Assembly (NCBI GenBank): GCA_964195545.1
Contig: CAXMQQ010000005.1
Coordinates: 278 to 64,277, forward strand
DNA length: 64,000 nucleotides
Direction of reading: 5' to 3'
Source of the DNA: an uncultured Acidimicrobiia bacterium
GTDB taxonomy: Bacteria; Actinomycetota; Acidimicrobiia; Spongiisociales; UBA5794
Positions 27,926-37,541 of this stretch are shown here, one piece after another (position 1 is the stretch's first letter; every line of letters begins with the position of its first letter). The position numbers and the translations under genes were made by a program. A model generated the notes under the pieces. The model saw only the letters and a program-made list of their open reading frames with translations. It was not told the origin of the DNA and made no database searches.

Positions 27926-29605
27926 TCAATCGCAAACGGCGCCACGTTCGGCGGATCCGACCAACTTGGCGTACTTTCCGAGGGCGCCGGTTGGGTAGCG
28001 AGCCGCAGGTGCCTCCCAGGAGCCGCGCCTGGCCTCCATTTCGTCTTCGTCGATCAGAAGGTCGAGTCGCCGCGCCGGTAGATCGACACGGATCCGATCG
28101 CCCTCGTGCACAAGACCCATCGGTCCACCCTTTGCGGCTTCCGGAGCCACGTGTCCGATGCAAAGGCCCGTCGTCCCGCCGGAGAATCGGCCATCGGTGA
28201 TCAGAAGCACGTCCTTGCCGAGGCCTGCGCCCTTGATCGCCGCGGTGATCGCAAGCATCTCCCTCATCCCCGGACCTCCGGCCGGGCCCTCGTATCGGAT
28301 CACCACAACGTCCCCGGCATGAAGATCGTGGGCCCACAACGCCTCGAGCGCATGCTGTTCGTCGTCGAAGACCCTGGCGGTTCCCTCAAAGACATCGAGG
28401 TCGATACCGGCGATCTTCACGACGGCGCCGCCCGGGGCGAGCGAGCCACGGAGGATGGCGATGCCACCCTCTTCGGCGACCGGCTCTGCGAACGCTCGGA
28501 CCACGTCCTGCTGCTCCGGGAACACGACCGTCTCGAGGTTCTCAGCCATCGTCCCGCCGGTCACGGTCAGCGCATCCCCATTGATGAGCCCCTCGTCGTA
28601 GAGGGCACGCAGCACAACGGGAACCCCGCCGATCCGATCGAGATCCACCATGTGATAGCGACCGAACGGCTTGAGATCACCGACATGAGGTGTTCGCCGG
28701 CTTATCCGATCGAAGTCTTCGAGCGTGAGGTCGACGCGCGCTTCGTGGGCGAGAGCGAGAAGGTGCAACACAGCGTTCGTCGACCCTCCGAGCGCCATTA
28801 CCACGGTGACGGCGTTCTCGAACGCCTCCCTCGTCATGATGTCTCTCGGGCGGATGCCGGCCCGGAGCAACTCCATGGCCGCTTCACCGGACTGTCGGGC
28901 GTAGTCGTCGAGGCGCTTCGAGATGGCGGGGACCGAGGCGCTACCGGGGAGCGACATGCCGAGGGCCTCACCCACCGAAGCCATTGTGTTCGCAGTGAAC
29001 ATCCCGGCACACGAGCCAACGCCGGGACAGGCAGCCTGTTCGATGCGTAGCAATTGAGAATCGTCAATTCGACCCTCGGAGTGGGCGCCGATGCCCTCGA
29101 AGACATCCACGATTGAGATGTCGACACCATCGAGCTTGCCTGGAAGGGACGACCCTCCGTATAGGAACACCGACGGGAGATTGTGCCGCGCAGCGGCCAT
29201 GAGCATCCCAGGGAGCGACTTGTCGCAACCGGCGATCGAGACCATCGCGTCGAACCTCTCTGCGTGCATGACGAGCTCAACGGAGTCTGCGATGACCTCC
29301 CTGGAGACGAGCGAGGCCCGCATGCCCTCGTGTCCCATCGAGATTCCGTCGGAGACGGCAATGGTGGCGAAGACGAGACCCACACCGCCCGCCTCGTTCA
29401 CGCCCTCTCTGGCTCGTGCAGAGAGCTTCGGACCGGTCAGATTGCAGGGGGTGACTTCATTGCCGGCGCTCACGACACCGACCTGCGCCTTGATGAAATC
29501 GTTCTCGCCAAGGCCGACGGCGCGCAGCATCGCTCTGGCACCGGCCTTGGCAGGGCCGTCGGTCACGTCCTGGGAATGGATCTTGACGGGGGTCTCGTTA
29601 GACAT
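27926..29605 (-). CDS. ilvD: dihydroxy-acid dehydratase
   Basis: Full-length IlvD with CDKSLPGM and [12 protein letters not shown] Fe-S motifs. Start re-set to ATG 29605 ([11 protein letters not shown]). Confidence 0.93.
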   Translation of the reverse strand: MSNETPVKIHSQDVTDGPAKAGARAMLRAVGLGENDFIKAQVGVVSAGNEVTPCNLTGPKLSARAREGVNEAGGVGLVFATIAVSDGISMGHEGMRASLVSREVIADSVELVMHAERFDAMVSIAGCDKSLPGMLMAAARHNLPSVFLYGGSSLPGKLDGVDISIVDVFEGIGAHSEGRIDDSQLLRIEQAACPGVGSCAGMFTANTMASVGEALGMSLPGSASVPAISKRLDDYARQSGEAAMELLRAGIRPRDIMTREAFENAVTVVMALGGSTNAVLHLLALAHEARVDLTLEDFDRISRRTPHVGDLKPFGRYHMVDLDRIGGVPVVLRALYDEGLINGDALTVTGGTMAENLETVVFPEQQDVVRAFAEPVAEEGGIAILRGSLAPGGAVVKIAGIDLDVFEGTARVFDDEQHALEALWAHDLHAGDVVVIRYEGPAGGPGMREMLAITAAIKGAGLGKDVLLITDGRFSGGTTGLCIGHVAPEAAKGGPMGLVHEGDRIRVDLPARRLDLLIDEDEMEARRGSWEAPAARYPTGALGKYAKLVGSAERGAVCD

Positions 29606-29686
29606 GGCAGCAGCGTAACCGGTGGATTCGTCACCGGAGTCAGCCAGAGACGAGAGGACAGCCAGCACTCCGGCGTCTGGTCTTCA

Positions 29687-29749
29687 CTGTTTGCTGTTTG
29701 CTGTTTGCTGTTTGCTGTTTGCTGTTTGCTGTTTGCTGTTTGCTGTTTG
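29687..29749. repeat. tandem heptanucleotide array (CTGTTTG)x7 followed by CTGTTCG and CTGTCCG
   Basis: Read directly in the 208-bp divergent ilvD / LCP intergenic region. It is translated as the CLLFAV repeats in a spurious track ORF. Confidence 0.9.
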
Positions 29750-29813
29750 CTGTTCGCTGTCCGCTTCCCGTCACCAGCACAATCCGTATCAGGATTCCGG
29801 CGATAGCCTCTTC

Positions 29814-30854
29814 ATGGTCATGACCACCGATACATACCCTGCGATCCCCCAGACGCCGCCTCCGCCACCACCTGCCCCGACGAAGAAGAAGGGCGGATTC
29901 GCGAAGAAGGCGTTCTTCGCTCTCCTCATCCTCGCGGTCATCGGAGTATTCGGGACAATCGGGTACGTCAAGTGGACCGAAGGCAAGATCGACCGGATCC
30001 CAACGGAGGAGTTGGCCAGCCTCGCGACCATGGCGCCCGGGTCTTCGGAGCCAGTCAACTTCCTAGTTATCGCCACGGACGACCGGTCCGACCTCCCCGC
30101 CGACTGGGAAGACAACTTCGGCGAGTTCACCGGTCGCAGGACCGACGTGATGATGCTCGCTCACCTCGTTCCAGGTGAACGGATCCAGCTGCTCAGCCTC
30201 CCACGTGATCTCCAAGCCGAGATCGAGGGTCACGGGACGAATCGACTGAACGCAGCGTTCGTATTCGGTGGACCGGACCTCCTCATCAAGACGGTGCAAG
30301 AGGAAACCGGTATCCCCGTTCACCACTACGTCGAGATCGACTTTGGTGGTTTCGGTCGGATCGTCGACTCGCTCGGCGGCGTGACGATCGATTTCCCCTA
30401 CCCGGCTCGGGATGGCAAGTCTGGATTCGAGGTCGACGCAGGAACGCACACCCTCGACGGCGAGATGGCGGTCGCCTATGCCCGGTCCCGGACATACGAG
30501 GAGTACAAGGACGGCTCGTGGCAAGGAACCGGTGGTGGAGACATCGCCAGGACACAGCGTCAGCAGGACATCATGGTGCAACTCTTCGACCAGGTTGCCT
30601 CTCCATCGAGCGCCTTCAATCTCCCACGGTTCCTGCCCACGTTCGCCGACAACATCACAGCCGATGAGGCGCTTGGACTTGCGTTGATGACGGATCTCGG
30701 TCGATCGGCCCTCGGTCTGCAGTCTTCGAGCATCGACCGGATCACGCTCCCGGTCAAGAACCACAAAGGCAGCGACGGCCGCGCCTATGTGATCCCGACT
30801 GAGGCGGCACCGGCAGTGATCGCCGCCTTCAAGGTTGGCGACCCCTACCCCTGA
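29814..30854 (+). CDS. LytR-CpsA-Psr (LCP) family protein
   Basis: Pro-rich cytoplasmic tail, one TM helix, and LCP domain motifs (RTDVMMLAH, SLPRDL, GGFGRIVDSLGGV). Start re-set to ATG 29814. Confidence 0.85.
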   Translation: MVMTTDTYPAIPQTPPPPPPAPTKKKGGFAKKAFFALLILAVIGVFGTIGYVKWTEGKIDRIPTEELASLATMAPGSSEPVNFLVIATDDRSDLPADWEDNFGEFTGRRTDVMMLAHLVPGERIQLLSLPRDLQAEIEGHGTNRLNAAFVFGGPDLLIKTVQEETGIPVHHYVEIDFGGFGRIVDSLGGVTIDFPYPARDGKSGFEVDAGTHTLDGEMAVAYARSRTYEEYKDGSWQGTGGGDIARTQRQQDIMVQLFDQVASPSSAFNLPRFLPTFADNITADEALGLALMTDLGRSALGLQSSSIDRITLPVKNHKGSDGRAYVIPTEAAPAVIAAFKVGDPYP

Positions 30855-30904
30855 CCAGGTCACCACCGCGCCCCTTCCGCGCAACTTCTGGGTACAACGA
30901 CGTG

Positions 30905-32074
30905 TCAGAGGGTGGCGACGGTGGCAACCAGTCGGTCGATCTCGTCTTCTGTATTGAAGTAGTGGACCGAAGCTCGCACCAGATTCGGCAGATCTCTCGC
31001 CTCCATGTCGAAGCGCGCTGAGTACGGGGTCACCACCGAGACGTTGATCCCTTGCGCATGCAGCGCCGCTTTGACGACTGCCGCTGAGTGGTCTTCGACG
31101 GTGAAGGTCACGATCGCCCCTCGTACCGAGCCGATGTCACGCACCGTTGCCCCGGCCACATCGGAGAGCCCCTCTCGGAGCATCCCGCTGAGTTCCAGGA
31201 TCCGTTCCCAGATCTCCTCGAGTCCGATGGCCATCGCATAGGTCACAGCCCTCCCCATACCGAGCAACAGCGCCGGCGAGCGCTCCCAGAGTTCGAAGCG
31301 TCGGGCGTCCGGTCTCAACTCATAGCGGTCCGGGGCCTCCCAACGCGCACCTTGGTTGTCGAGCACCGCCGGATCGAGTCGATCGAGCATCCTCTTTGAT
31401 ACGAAGAGGAATCCGGCACCGCGCGGCCCTCGCAGGAACTTCCTCGAGGTCGCCGAGAGCATGTCGCATCCGATCTCTCCGACGTCGATCGGCATCTGTC
31501 CGACCGACTGACAGGCATCGAGCAGGTACGGGACACCGTGGGCGTTCGCAACGCGACCAACTTCAGCGGCCGGGTTGACGAGGCCGCTATTCGTCGGCAC
31601 GTGGTTGATGGCGATCAACCGGGCTTGATCATCGATCATCGCATCGAGTGCATCAACATCGACCTCACCGGTCATCCGGTCCGGTATGACGTCGATTCTC
31701 ACGCCGGTTCGCTCTGCGACCTGGAGGAATGCGATCACGTTCGAGGCGTACTCGCTGGTCGTTGTCAGGATGCGATCACCGGTGGAAAAGCGGAGTGCGG
31801 TGAATGCCAGATCCCACGCCCGCGTAGCGCTGTCGGCAAGAGCGATCTCAGAGCAATCCGCACCGATCAGACGCGCGATAGTGTCGTAGACGGCCTCGAT
31901 CTCAGCGTCATGGGCGTCAGCCGTCTCATATCCGCCCAGACGAGCCTCTTCATCCAGATAGCCGGTGATCGTCTCCAGCACGGGCCGTGGGATCAGGGAG
32001 GCCCCGGCATTGTTGAAGTGAGCGACGAAGGCGGCCCCTGGTGTGTCGGCTCGTACGGCTGGGATGTCGATCAT
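30905..32074 (-). CDS. class V aminotransferase-fold PLP enzyme (cysteine desulfurase-like)
   Basis: 389 aa with HFNNAGASL, LDACQSVG and SATSRKFLRGPRG (PLP-Lys region). Confidence 0.82.
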   Translation of the reverse strand: MIDIPAVRADTPGAAFVAHFNNAGASLIPRPVLETITGYLDEEARLGGYETADAHDAEIEAVYDTIARLIGADCSEIALADSATRAWDLAFTALRFSTGDRILTTTSEYASNVIAFLQVAERTGVRIDVIPDRMTGEVDVDALDAMIDDQARLIAINHVPTNSGLVNPAAEVGRVANAHGVPYLLDACQSVGQMPIDVGEIGCDMLSATSRKFLRGPRGAGFLFVSKRMLDRLDPAVLDNQGARWEAPDRYELRPDARRFELWERSPALLLGMGRAVTYAMAIGLEEIWERILELSGMLREGLSDVAGATVRDIGSVRGAIVTFTVEDHSAAVVKAALHAQGINVSVVTPYSARFDMEARDLPNLVRASVHYFNTEDEIDRLVATVATL

Positions 32075-32093
32075 GTCCAGTGCTCCCAGAGAC

Positions 32094-32513
32094 TCAGAGG
32101 CCGAGCTCGTCGATCAGATCGACCATGGTCGGCGTCAGGAGCATCTTCCGAACCTCCGCCACAGGCACCCACCTTGTCTCAGCGGCATCGTCACCCGCCA
32201 CCAGATCCCCTCCAACCACGGTGCCACGGAAGTCGACGACCGTGTAGTGATACGCGGGAGGATCAGCATCGTCGAGGATGTCGCCCACCCACACCGCCTC
32301 CCCGACTTCGATCGTCAAACCCGTCTCCTCCAGGACCTCCCTGGCTGCCGCCGCACGCATCGTTTCGCCGCGCCGTTGGCGACCTCCGGGAACGGCCCAG
32401 TGGTCCACGTAAGCGCCACGCCTTCGACGAATCAGCAGCATTCGTCCGTCGTTGATGATGACGGCTCCGGCGCCGGGAGTCGGGTGGCCCTCAGCCATAG
32501 AGATATCAGACAT
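32094..32513 (-). CDS. NUDIX hydrolase
   Basis: Nudix box GGRQRRGETMRAAAAREVLEETG. Start uncertain (32513 or 32498). Confidence 0.8.
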   Translation of the reverse strand: MSDISMAEGHPTPGAGAVIINDGRMLLIRRRRGAYVDHWAVPGGRQRRGETMRAAAAREVLEETGLTIEVGEAVWVGDILDDADPPAYHYTVVDFRGTVVGGDLVAGDDAAETRWVPVAEVRKMLLTPTMVDLIDELGL

Positions 32514-32550
32514 AGACAGAACCGTACATCGACCGAGATCGCTCGGAAAC

Positions 32551-33411
32551 CTAGGGTGCTCCAACATCGACGATCTCGTCGACCTTCCGGTCCCGGAACC
32601 CGGCAGTCACGTTCTTCACCGTGAGGACGATGAAGAAGATGGCGATCGGGATGACGGCCATCGTTGCCGAGCCGGACGTGTTGGCGTGATACGAGATGAT
32701 CAGACCCACGACCACTGAGAAGACACCTATCAGCGCCGCCACAGTCATCATCGCGGGCACTCGACGCACAAGCAGAGCCGCCGTCGCCGGTGGTCCGACC
32801 AACAGGCCGAACACGAGAAGCGTCCCAACGGTCTGGAATGATCCGACGATCGACAGCACGATGAGTCCGAGCAGCAGCACGTGCGTCACACCAGGACGAA
32901 GGCCGTACAGCTGCGCTTTCTGTTCATTGAACGACAGGACCAGGAAGTGCCGGTAGAAGAGCACGGATGTTCCGATGGCGACCACCGTGATGACGGCCAG
33001 GACAATCAGATCGGTCTGCGTGACGCCGAGTACGTCGCCGAAGAGAATCGCGGTGAGGCTCCCGCTGTACGAGGCCGACTTCGAGATGAGAATGACACCG
33101 AGCCCCAGCATTCCCACGAAGAGCAGTCCGATTCCCGTGTCCTCCGAAAACGTCGTCTGCCGGTGGACGAGGTTGATGCCCCAGATCATGACGAGTGCAG
33201 CAATCGCCGCACCGATGAGCGGGTTGAATCCGATGAGGATGGCGAGGGCGATTCCTGGGATCACACCGTGAACGAGAGCGTCACCGAGGAAGGTCATCCC
33301 CCGAATGACCACCCAGGTCCCGACGACCGAAGTGGTGAGTGCCGCGAGCGAACCCGCAAGCAGCGCCCGCTGCTGGAACGCCAGTTCGAAGGGAGCGGTC
33401 AGGAACTCCAT
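32551..33411 (-). CDS. znuB: metal (Zn/Mn) ABC transporter permease, ABC-3 family
   Basis: 286 aa with 8-9 TM segments and the ABC-3 family pattern (FLGDALVHGVIPG). Confidence 0.85.
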   Translation of the reverse strand: MEFLTAPFELAFQQRALLAGSLAALTTSVVGTWVVIRGMTFLGDALVHGVIPGIALAILIGFNPLIGAAIAALVMIWGINLVHRQTTFSEDTGIGLLFVGMLGLGVILISKSASYSGSLTAILFGDVLGVTQTDLIVLAVITVVAIGTSVLFYRHFLVLSFNEQKAQLYGLRPGVTHVLLLGLIVLSIVGSFQTVGTLLVFGLLVGPPATAALLVRRVPAMMTVAALIGVFSVVVGLIISYHANTSGSATMAVIPIAIFFIVLTVKNVTAGFRDRKVDEIVDVGAP

Positions 33412-33451
33412 GCGATTTCCACGGTAGGCCTGGCGTCGATGATGGCAGGCG

Positions 33452-33532
33452 GACAGCAGACAGCAGACAGCAGACAGCCAGATGCCGGTGACAGAGAGTC
33501 TGGCTGTCTGCTGTCCGCTGTTGTCTGTCGTC
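33452..33532. repeat. heptad-built long inverted repeat: (GACAGCA)x3 GACAGCC, a 22-nt loop, then GGCTGTC TGCTGTC CGCTGTT GTCTGTC
   Basis: Read directly between znuA and znuB. The first 14 nt of the arms pair perfectly and the next 14 pair at about 5 of 7 per heptad. Confidence 0.85.
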
Positions 33533-33539
33533 TCATATA

Positions 33540-34463
33540 TCAGTCCAACGCTTCGGCTATCCGGCGCGCGTTCGATCGCAGCAGGCCGACCAGTGTGTCG
33601 CCTTCGGTTCCCGGTTCGCCGAGGGAACCCGTGTACAACTCAACGACCTCGATCCCGTGGCCAACTTCGGCGGCGACGGTGCGAGCGAGCACGTCGGACT
33701 CGACCGTTTCGGTGAAGATGGCAGGAACCTGTTCGCGTTCGATGGTTTCCACGAGCGACGCAAGTTCGGCAGATGAGGGATTCGCGAGCGTCGCGCCACC
33801 AGGGATCACTCTCCCGATCATCTCGAAGTCGTAGCGATCGGAGAAGTACCCGAATGCCCCGTGATTCGTAACCAGTTTGCGGTCGGCGGCCGGCACAACG
33901 GCAAGCATCTCGATGCTCTCCTCATGAACCCGATCCAACTCAACAACATATGCCTCTGCGCTCGCGGACCAGTCTCGACCAGGCGCTATCTCGGAGAGGT
34001 GAACGGCAAGGAGTCGGGCGGCGTCGATGTCCCGCAAGGGATCGAGCCAGAAGTGAGGGTCGAGATTCCCGTCGTCGTGCTCGTCGGCATCCGGGGCTTC
34101 CGCGAAGTGCCGCGGGTTGATGTCCGGCCCGACCTCCCAAACTCGAACACCGTCGGCGGCCGCGGCATCAAGAACGTCGCTCAATCCGTCTTCGAGACCG
34201 AGTCCGCTCGCAACGACAAGATCGGCCCTCTGGATGGCTGCGACTTGTTGAGCAGACGCGTGGAAGTCGTGCGGGTTCACGCCGACCGGCATCAGGACGA
34301 CGACCTCGCCCGCATCACCGACCACACTCTGCGCCAGATCCCCCAAAACCGTCGTGGTAGCAACGACACGGACGCCCGCGTCGTCGTCAACGCCGGACTC
34401 GCATCCAGCAAGTGTCAGCAGCGTGAGCGCGGCAACAGCGATCACCGCTGCGAATCTCTTCAC
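33540..34463 (-). CDS. znuA: metal ABC transporter substrate-binding lipoprotein (ZnuA/TroA family)
   Basis: Lipobox LTLAGC, His/Asp-rich loop (EAPDADEHDDGNLDPHFW), and NHGAFGYF. Start re-set to GTG 34463 after AAGGAG. The track ORF extends to 34808 through the zur antisense strand. Confidence 0.82.
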   Translation of the reverse strand: MKRFAAVIAVAALTLLTLAGCESGVDDDAGVRVVATTTVLGDLAQSVVGDAGEVVVLMPVGVNPHDFHASAQQVAAIQRADLVVASGLGLEDGLSDVLDAAAADGVRVWEVGPDINPRHFAEAPDADEHDDGNLDPHFWLDPLRDIDAARLLAVHLSEIAPGRDWSASAEAYVVELDRVHEESIEMLAVVPAADRKLVTNHGAFGYFSDRYDFEMIGRVIPGGATLANPSSAELASLVETIEREQVPAIFTETVESDVLARTVAAEVGHGIEVVELYTGSLGEPGTEGDTLVGLLRSNARRIAEALD

Positions 34464-34479
34464 TCCCGACTCCTTGCAT

Positions 34480-34502
34480 ATAATGAGAATGGTTCCTATT
34501 AT
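34480..34502. promoter_or_regulatory. putative Zur box ATAATGAGAATGGTTCCTATTAT in the divergent znuA / zur promoter region
   Basis: AT-rich imperfect palindrome (arms match 8 of 10) in an otherwise GC-rich context, centred between the two starts. Confidence 0.55.
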
Positions 34503-34532
34503 CAACGCAACGCTATCAGTAAGCATCCGGTA

Positions 34533-34967
34533 ATGCAACACGTCGAGCAATCCGTCGAACAGCGTCTCGCTCAGGAGGGCATCCGCTTCACACAAGGGCG
34601 GAGAAGCACCGTCGAAATGCTGTCGACGATGCACGGGCCTCGCGCGGCGGCAGAGATCCACAATCGACTCGGCGGCACAGTCCCCCTGTCCTCGTTGTAC
34701 CGATCGCTGTCGGTTCTCACCGAGGCAGGCGTCCTCTCCGCGCAGCACGGATCCGACGGAGTCATCAGATTCGAGCTCGCAGAGTGGATCACCGGTCACC
34801 ACCACCACCTCGTCTGCACATCATGTGGGGCGGTTATCGACGTGACTCCATCCAGCGACCAGGAAGAAGCGATGGAGCAACTTGTTGAGAACATGGCTCA
34901 TGAAGTCGACTTCGTCGTATCGGGCCACCGATTCGAGATCGAAGGGACGTGCAACGCATGCCGGTAA
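34533..34967 (+). CDS. zur: Fur family transcriptional regulator, Zur-like
   Basis: 144 aa with a winged-helix N-terminus, HHHHLVCTSCG and CNAC (two CxxC pairs). Located in the zinc-transporter locus. Confidence 0.85.
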   Translation: MQHVEQSVEQRLAQEGIRFTQGRRSTVEMLSTMHGPRAAAEIHNRLGGTVPLSSLYRSLSVLTEAGVLSAQHGSDGVIRFELAEWITGHHHHLVCTSCGAVIDVTPSSDQEEAMEQLVENMAHEVDFVVSGHRFEIEGTCNACR

Positions 34968-35809
34968 ACCCGCCCGCCGTCATCGCTGCGAACGTTGTGT
35001 TCAAGTACGGAACGCGCACCGCCGTCGCCTCGTCCTCCTTCTCCATCCCCGAGGGCAGCATCACGGCAATCATCGGCCCGAACGGTTCCGGGAAGTCGAC
35101 GATGCTCAACGGAATCGCCGGACTGGCTCAACCCTCCTCCGGCGCCATCGAGGTGCTCCCGATCGGCGAACGGCGGCGGCGCGTCTCCTACGTGCTCCAG
35201 ACCACCAAGGTGAACGAGTCCCTTCCCATCACCGTTCGTGAAGTCGTCACGATGGGCCGGTACCCGTCGGCCGGCGCATACGGTCGGTTGAAGGATGCGG
35301 ACCGAACTGCCGTCCAGGCGGCTATGGATCGAATGGAGATTAGCGACCTCGCCGATCGCCATCTCACGGAACTCTCCGGTGGGCAACGACAACGGGTCTT
35401 CGTGGCTCAGGGCCTCACCCAGGATCACGAAATGCTGCTCCTCGACGAACCTCTCACCGGTTTGGATATCACATCCGCTCACGCCATCGACGACGTCATC
35501 CACGAGGAGCAGACCCACGGTTGCACGATCGTCCTTACGACGCACGACCTGACGTCCGCTCAGGTTGTGGACCATGTTGTTCTGATGTCTGGCCGTGTCG
35601 TGGCATCGGGTGCGCCGGATGAGGTCCTCACCGAGGAGCACCTACGTGCTGCGTATGGCCCGAGTCTCATCCACGTCGAAGGAACTCGGCTGTTTCTCGA
35701 TGATCCGATCCACCGTTCGACGGATCCTCGCCATGACCATCAGGATCGTTCTATCCATCTCGAGGTCTCTCCGACGGGTCAGCACGGTGGTGAGGACATC
35801 CCTCATTGA
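34958..35809 (+). CDS. znuC: metal ABC transporter ATP-binding protein
   Basis: Walker A GPNGSGKST, signature LSGGQRQR and Walker B LLLDEP. His-rich C-terminal extension. Overlaps the zur stop by 10 nt. Confidence 0.88.
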   Translation: MPVNPPAVIAANVVFKYGTRTAVASSSFSIPEGSITAIIGPNGSGKSTMLNGIAGLAQPSSGAIEVLPIGERRRRVSYVLQTTKVNESLPITVREVVTMGRYPSAGAYGRLKDADRTAVQAAMDRMEISDLADRHLTELSGGQRQRVFVAQGLTQDHEMLLLDEPLTGLDITSAHAIDDVIHEEQTHGCTIVLTTHDLTSAQVVDHVVLMSGRVVASGAPDEVLTEEHLRAAYGPSLIHVEGTRLFLDDPIHRSTDPRHDHQDRSIHLEVSPTGQHGGEDIPH

Positions 35810-35873
35810 TGTCCGAGCGACAGAGCGGCGCAGACACTTCTTGAACTTGCAATAATCACATCGACGGACCGGG

Positions 35874-37532
35874 ATGCAGGGAAGGGAACCAATCGTGGGC
35901 AAGTCCGACAAGGCTGAGAAGGCGAAAGCCAGGCTCTCTGCGCGCGTTGAGCCGTTCTGGCTGAATCCCGCGACGATCAAGGGAACGGTCGCGCTTGTTG
36001 GCGGTGGCGCGATGCTTGCTTTCCCGAGTGAGGCGACCCTGGTGCTGCGGCTTGTTCTCGGCATTGCTCTCATCATCACCGGTGGCACCGATCTCTGGTT
36101 CCACCTTCGCGGTCAGAAGCCTGGGAATCGGGTTCGCGATCTTGTTGAGGGTCTCCTGACGGTGGGGGTTGGTGTCCTGTTCTTGGTTTGGCCGGGCCAG
36201 ACGTTGAGAGTGATCATGTTGATCACCGGTATCTACTTTGCTGCGCGCGGCGTCACCTTGACGATCGGTGCGATCAGGGAACGCGGTTCAGACATGTGGG
36301 CGCTCGACCTGGCCAGGGGAGGCTTCTTCCTCGTCTTCGCCGCTGTCATCGTGGCCCTCCCCGAGGCTGTGTTCGCGGGATTCCTCGCAGTCCTTGCCGT
36401 TGCAGCCGTCGTGATCGGTGGTGTGATGCTCGCCTACGGGGTCCAACACCACAGCGACGATGCCCTCGTCGATGTGGATGCGGGGTCGGTGTCTCAGATC
36501 GTTCGTGACTGGATGATGCTCCAGGACGTCGGCGACCAACGGAGAGACGAGATCGACGACGGCCTCTACTTCGAACAGCCCGACCGGACGAACAAACTGG
36601 TTGCCTGGTGGGTCATGCTGCTGCTTTCGGTCGCTATCGCGACGTTCGGTATCCTCCAGGATTCGACGGCCGTTGTGATCGGCGCCATGTTGATCGCACC
36701 GTTGATGACCCCGATCATCGGCACGGCTGCGGGCGCGGTCAACGGGTGGCCGATGAGAGTCACAACCTCACTCGGAATGATCGCTGCCGGTGTCGGCGCG
36801 TCGATCGGCCTCGCATTCGTCATCGGCGCCTGGGCACCTCAACTCATCCCACTTGCGACGAACTCCCAGGTCACATCTCGGGTGAGTCCGAACATCATCG
36901 ATATGGGGATCGCTCTCGCCGCGGGTGCGGCGGGTGCATTCGCCAGCGTGAACAAACGGGTCTCAGCATCCATCGCCGGCGTGGCGATCGCCGTGGCCCT
37001 CGTGCCACCACTCGGCGTTGTCGGGCTCACCATGCACGCTGGAATGTACGGAGACTCGTTCGGAGCCTTCCTTCTCTTCCTGACGAACCTGGTATCGATC
37101 ATCCTCGCCGCGATGGTCGTGTTCGCCCTCACCGGGTTCTCCCCGGTCTCGAGGATGAAGGAGAACGCGATCGAGATCAAGCGGGTGGCGATCACCGTCG
37201 CCACCGCGGCCGTTCTCATCGCCGTCCCACTCGCCTTCACCGTGACGAGTGTTCTCCAGACTGCCGCAGATCAAAACGAGGCACGGAAAGCGGCAGAGAC
37301 CTGGCTCGAAGATTCATCTGGACTGGAACTCGGTCGCATCGAGGTGAAGGGTTCGGATGTGTCGATCGTCGTCACCGGATCCGAGAACACTCCACCGATC
37401 CAGGACCTCGAGAACGCCCTCACCAAGTCGCTCGACAAGCCCGTCACCGTCACGGTCGGACACATCCCCGCCATCGTCATCATCTACTCCGACGCCGACG
37501 GAGAAACCCGAACCGAGGTCGACGACAGCTGA
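35874..37532 (+). CDS. DUF389/TIGR00341-type integral membrane protein with an N-terminal HdeD-like (DUF308) region
   Basis: 552 aa, polytopic. The central segment AVVIGAMLIAPLMTPIIG is typical of DUF389. An alternative GTG start lies at 35895. Confidence 0.7.
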   Translation: MQGREPIVGKSDKAEKAKARLSARVEPFWLNPATIKGTVALVGGGAMLAFPSEATLVLRLVLGIALIITGGTDLWFHLRGQKPGNRVRDLVEGLLTVGVGVLFLVWPGQTLRVIMLITGIYFAARGVTLTIGAIRERGSDMWALDLARGGFFLVFAAVIVALPEAVFAGFLAVLAVAAVVIGGVMLAYGVQHHSDDALVDVDAGSVSQIVRDWMMLQDVGDQRRDEIDDGLYFEQPDRTNKLVAWWVMLLLSVAIATFGILQDSTAVVIGAMLIAPLMTPIIGTAAGAVNGWPMRVTTSLGMIAAGVGASIGLAFVIGAWAPQLIPLATNSQVTSRVSPNIIDMGIALAAGAAGAFASVNKRVSASIAGVAIAVALVPPLGVVGLTMHAGMYGDSFGAFLLFLTNLVSIILAAMVVFALTGFSPVSRMKENAIEIKRVAITVATAAVLIAVPLAFTVTSVLQTAADQNEARKAAETWLEDSSGLELGRIEVKGSDVSIVVTGSENTPPIQDLENALTKSLDKPVTVTVGHIPAIVIIYSDADGETRTEVDDS

Positions 37533-37541
37533 CTCGCAGAG

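Noticed and set aside
29622-29813. N-terminal extension of the LCP ORF encoding CLLFAV CCLLFAV repeats.
   Set aside because: The repeats are simply the CTGTTTG heptamer array read in frame (21 nt equals three units). A better start (ATG 29814) precedes the Pro-rich cytoplasmic tail and TM helix typical of LCP proteins.
29687-33532. Considered whether the tandem arrays could be CRISPR arrays.
   Set aside because: The units are 7 nt with no spacers, and there are no cas genes in the window. They are simple tandem or inverted heptad repeats.
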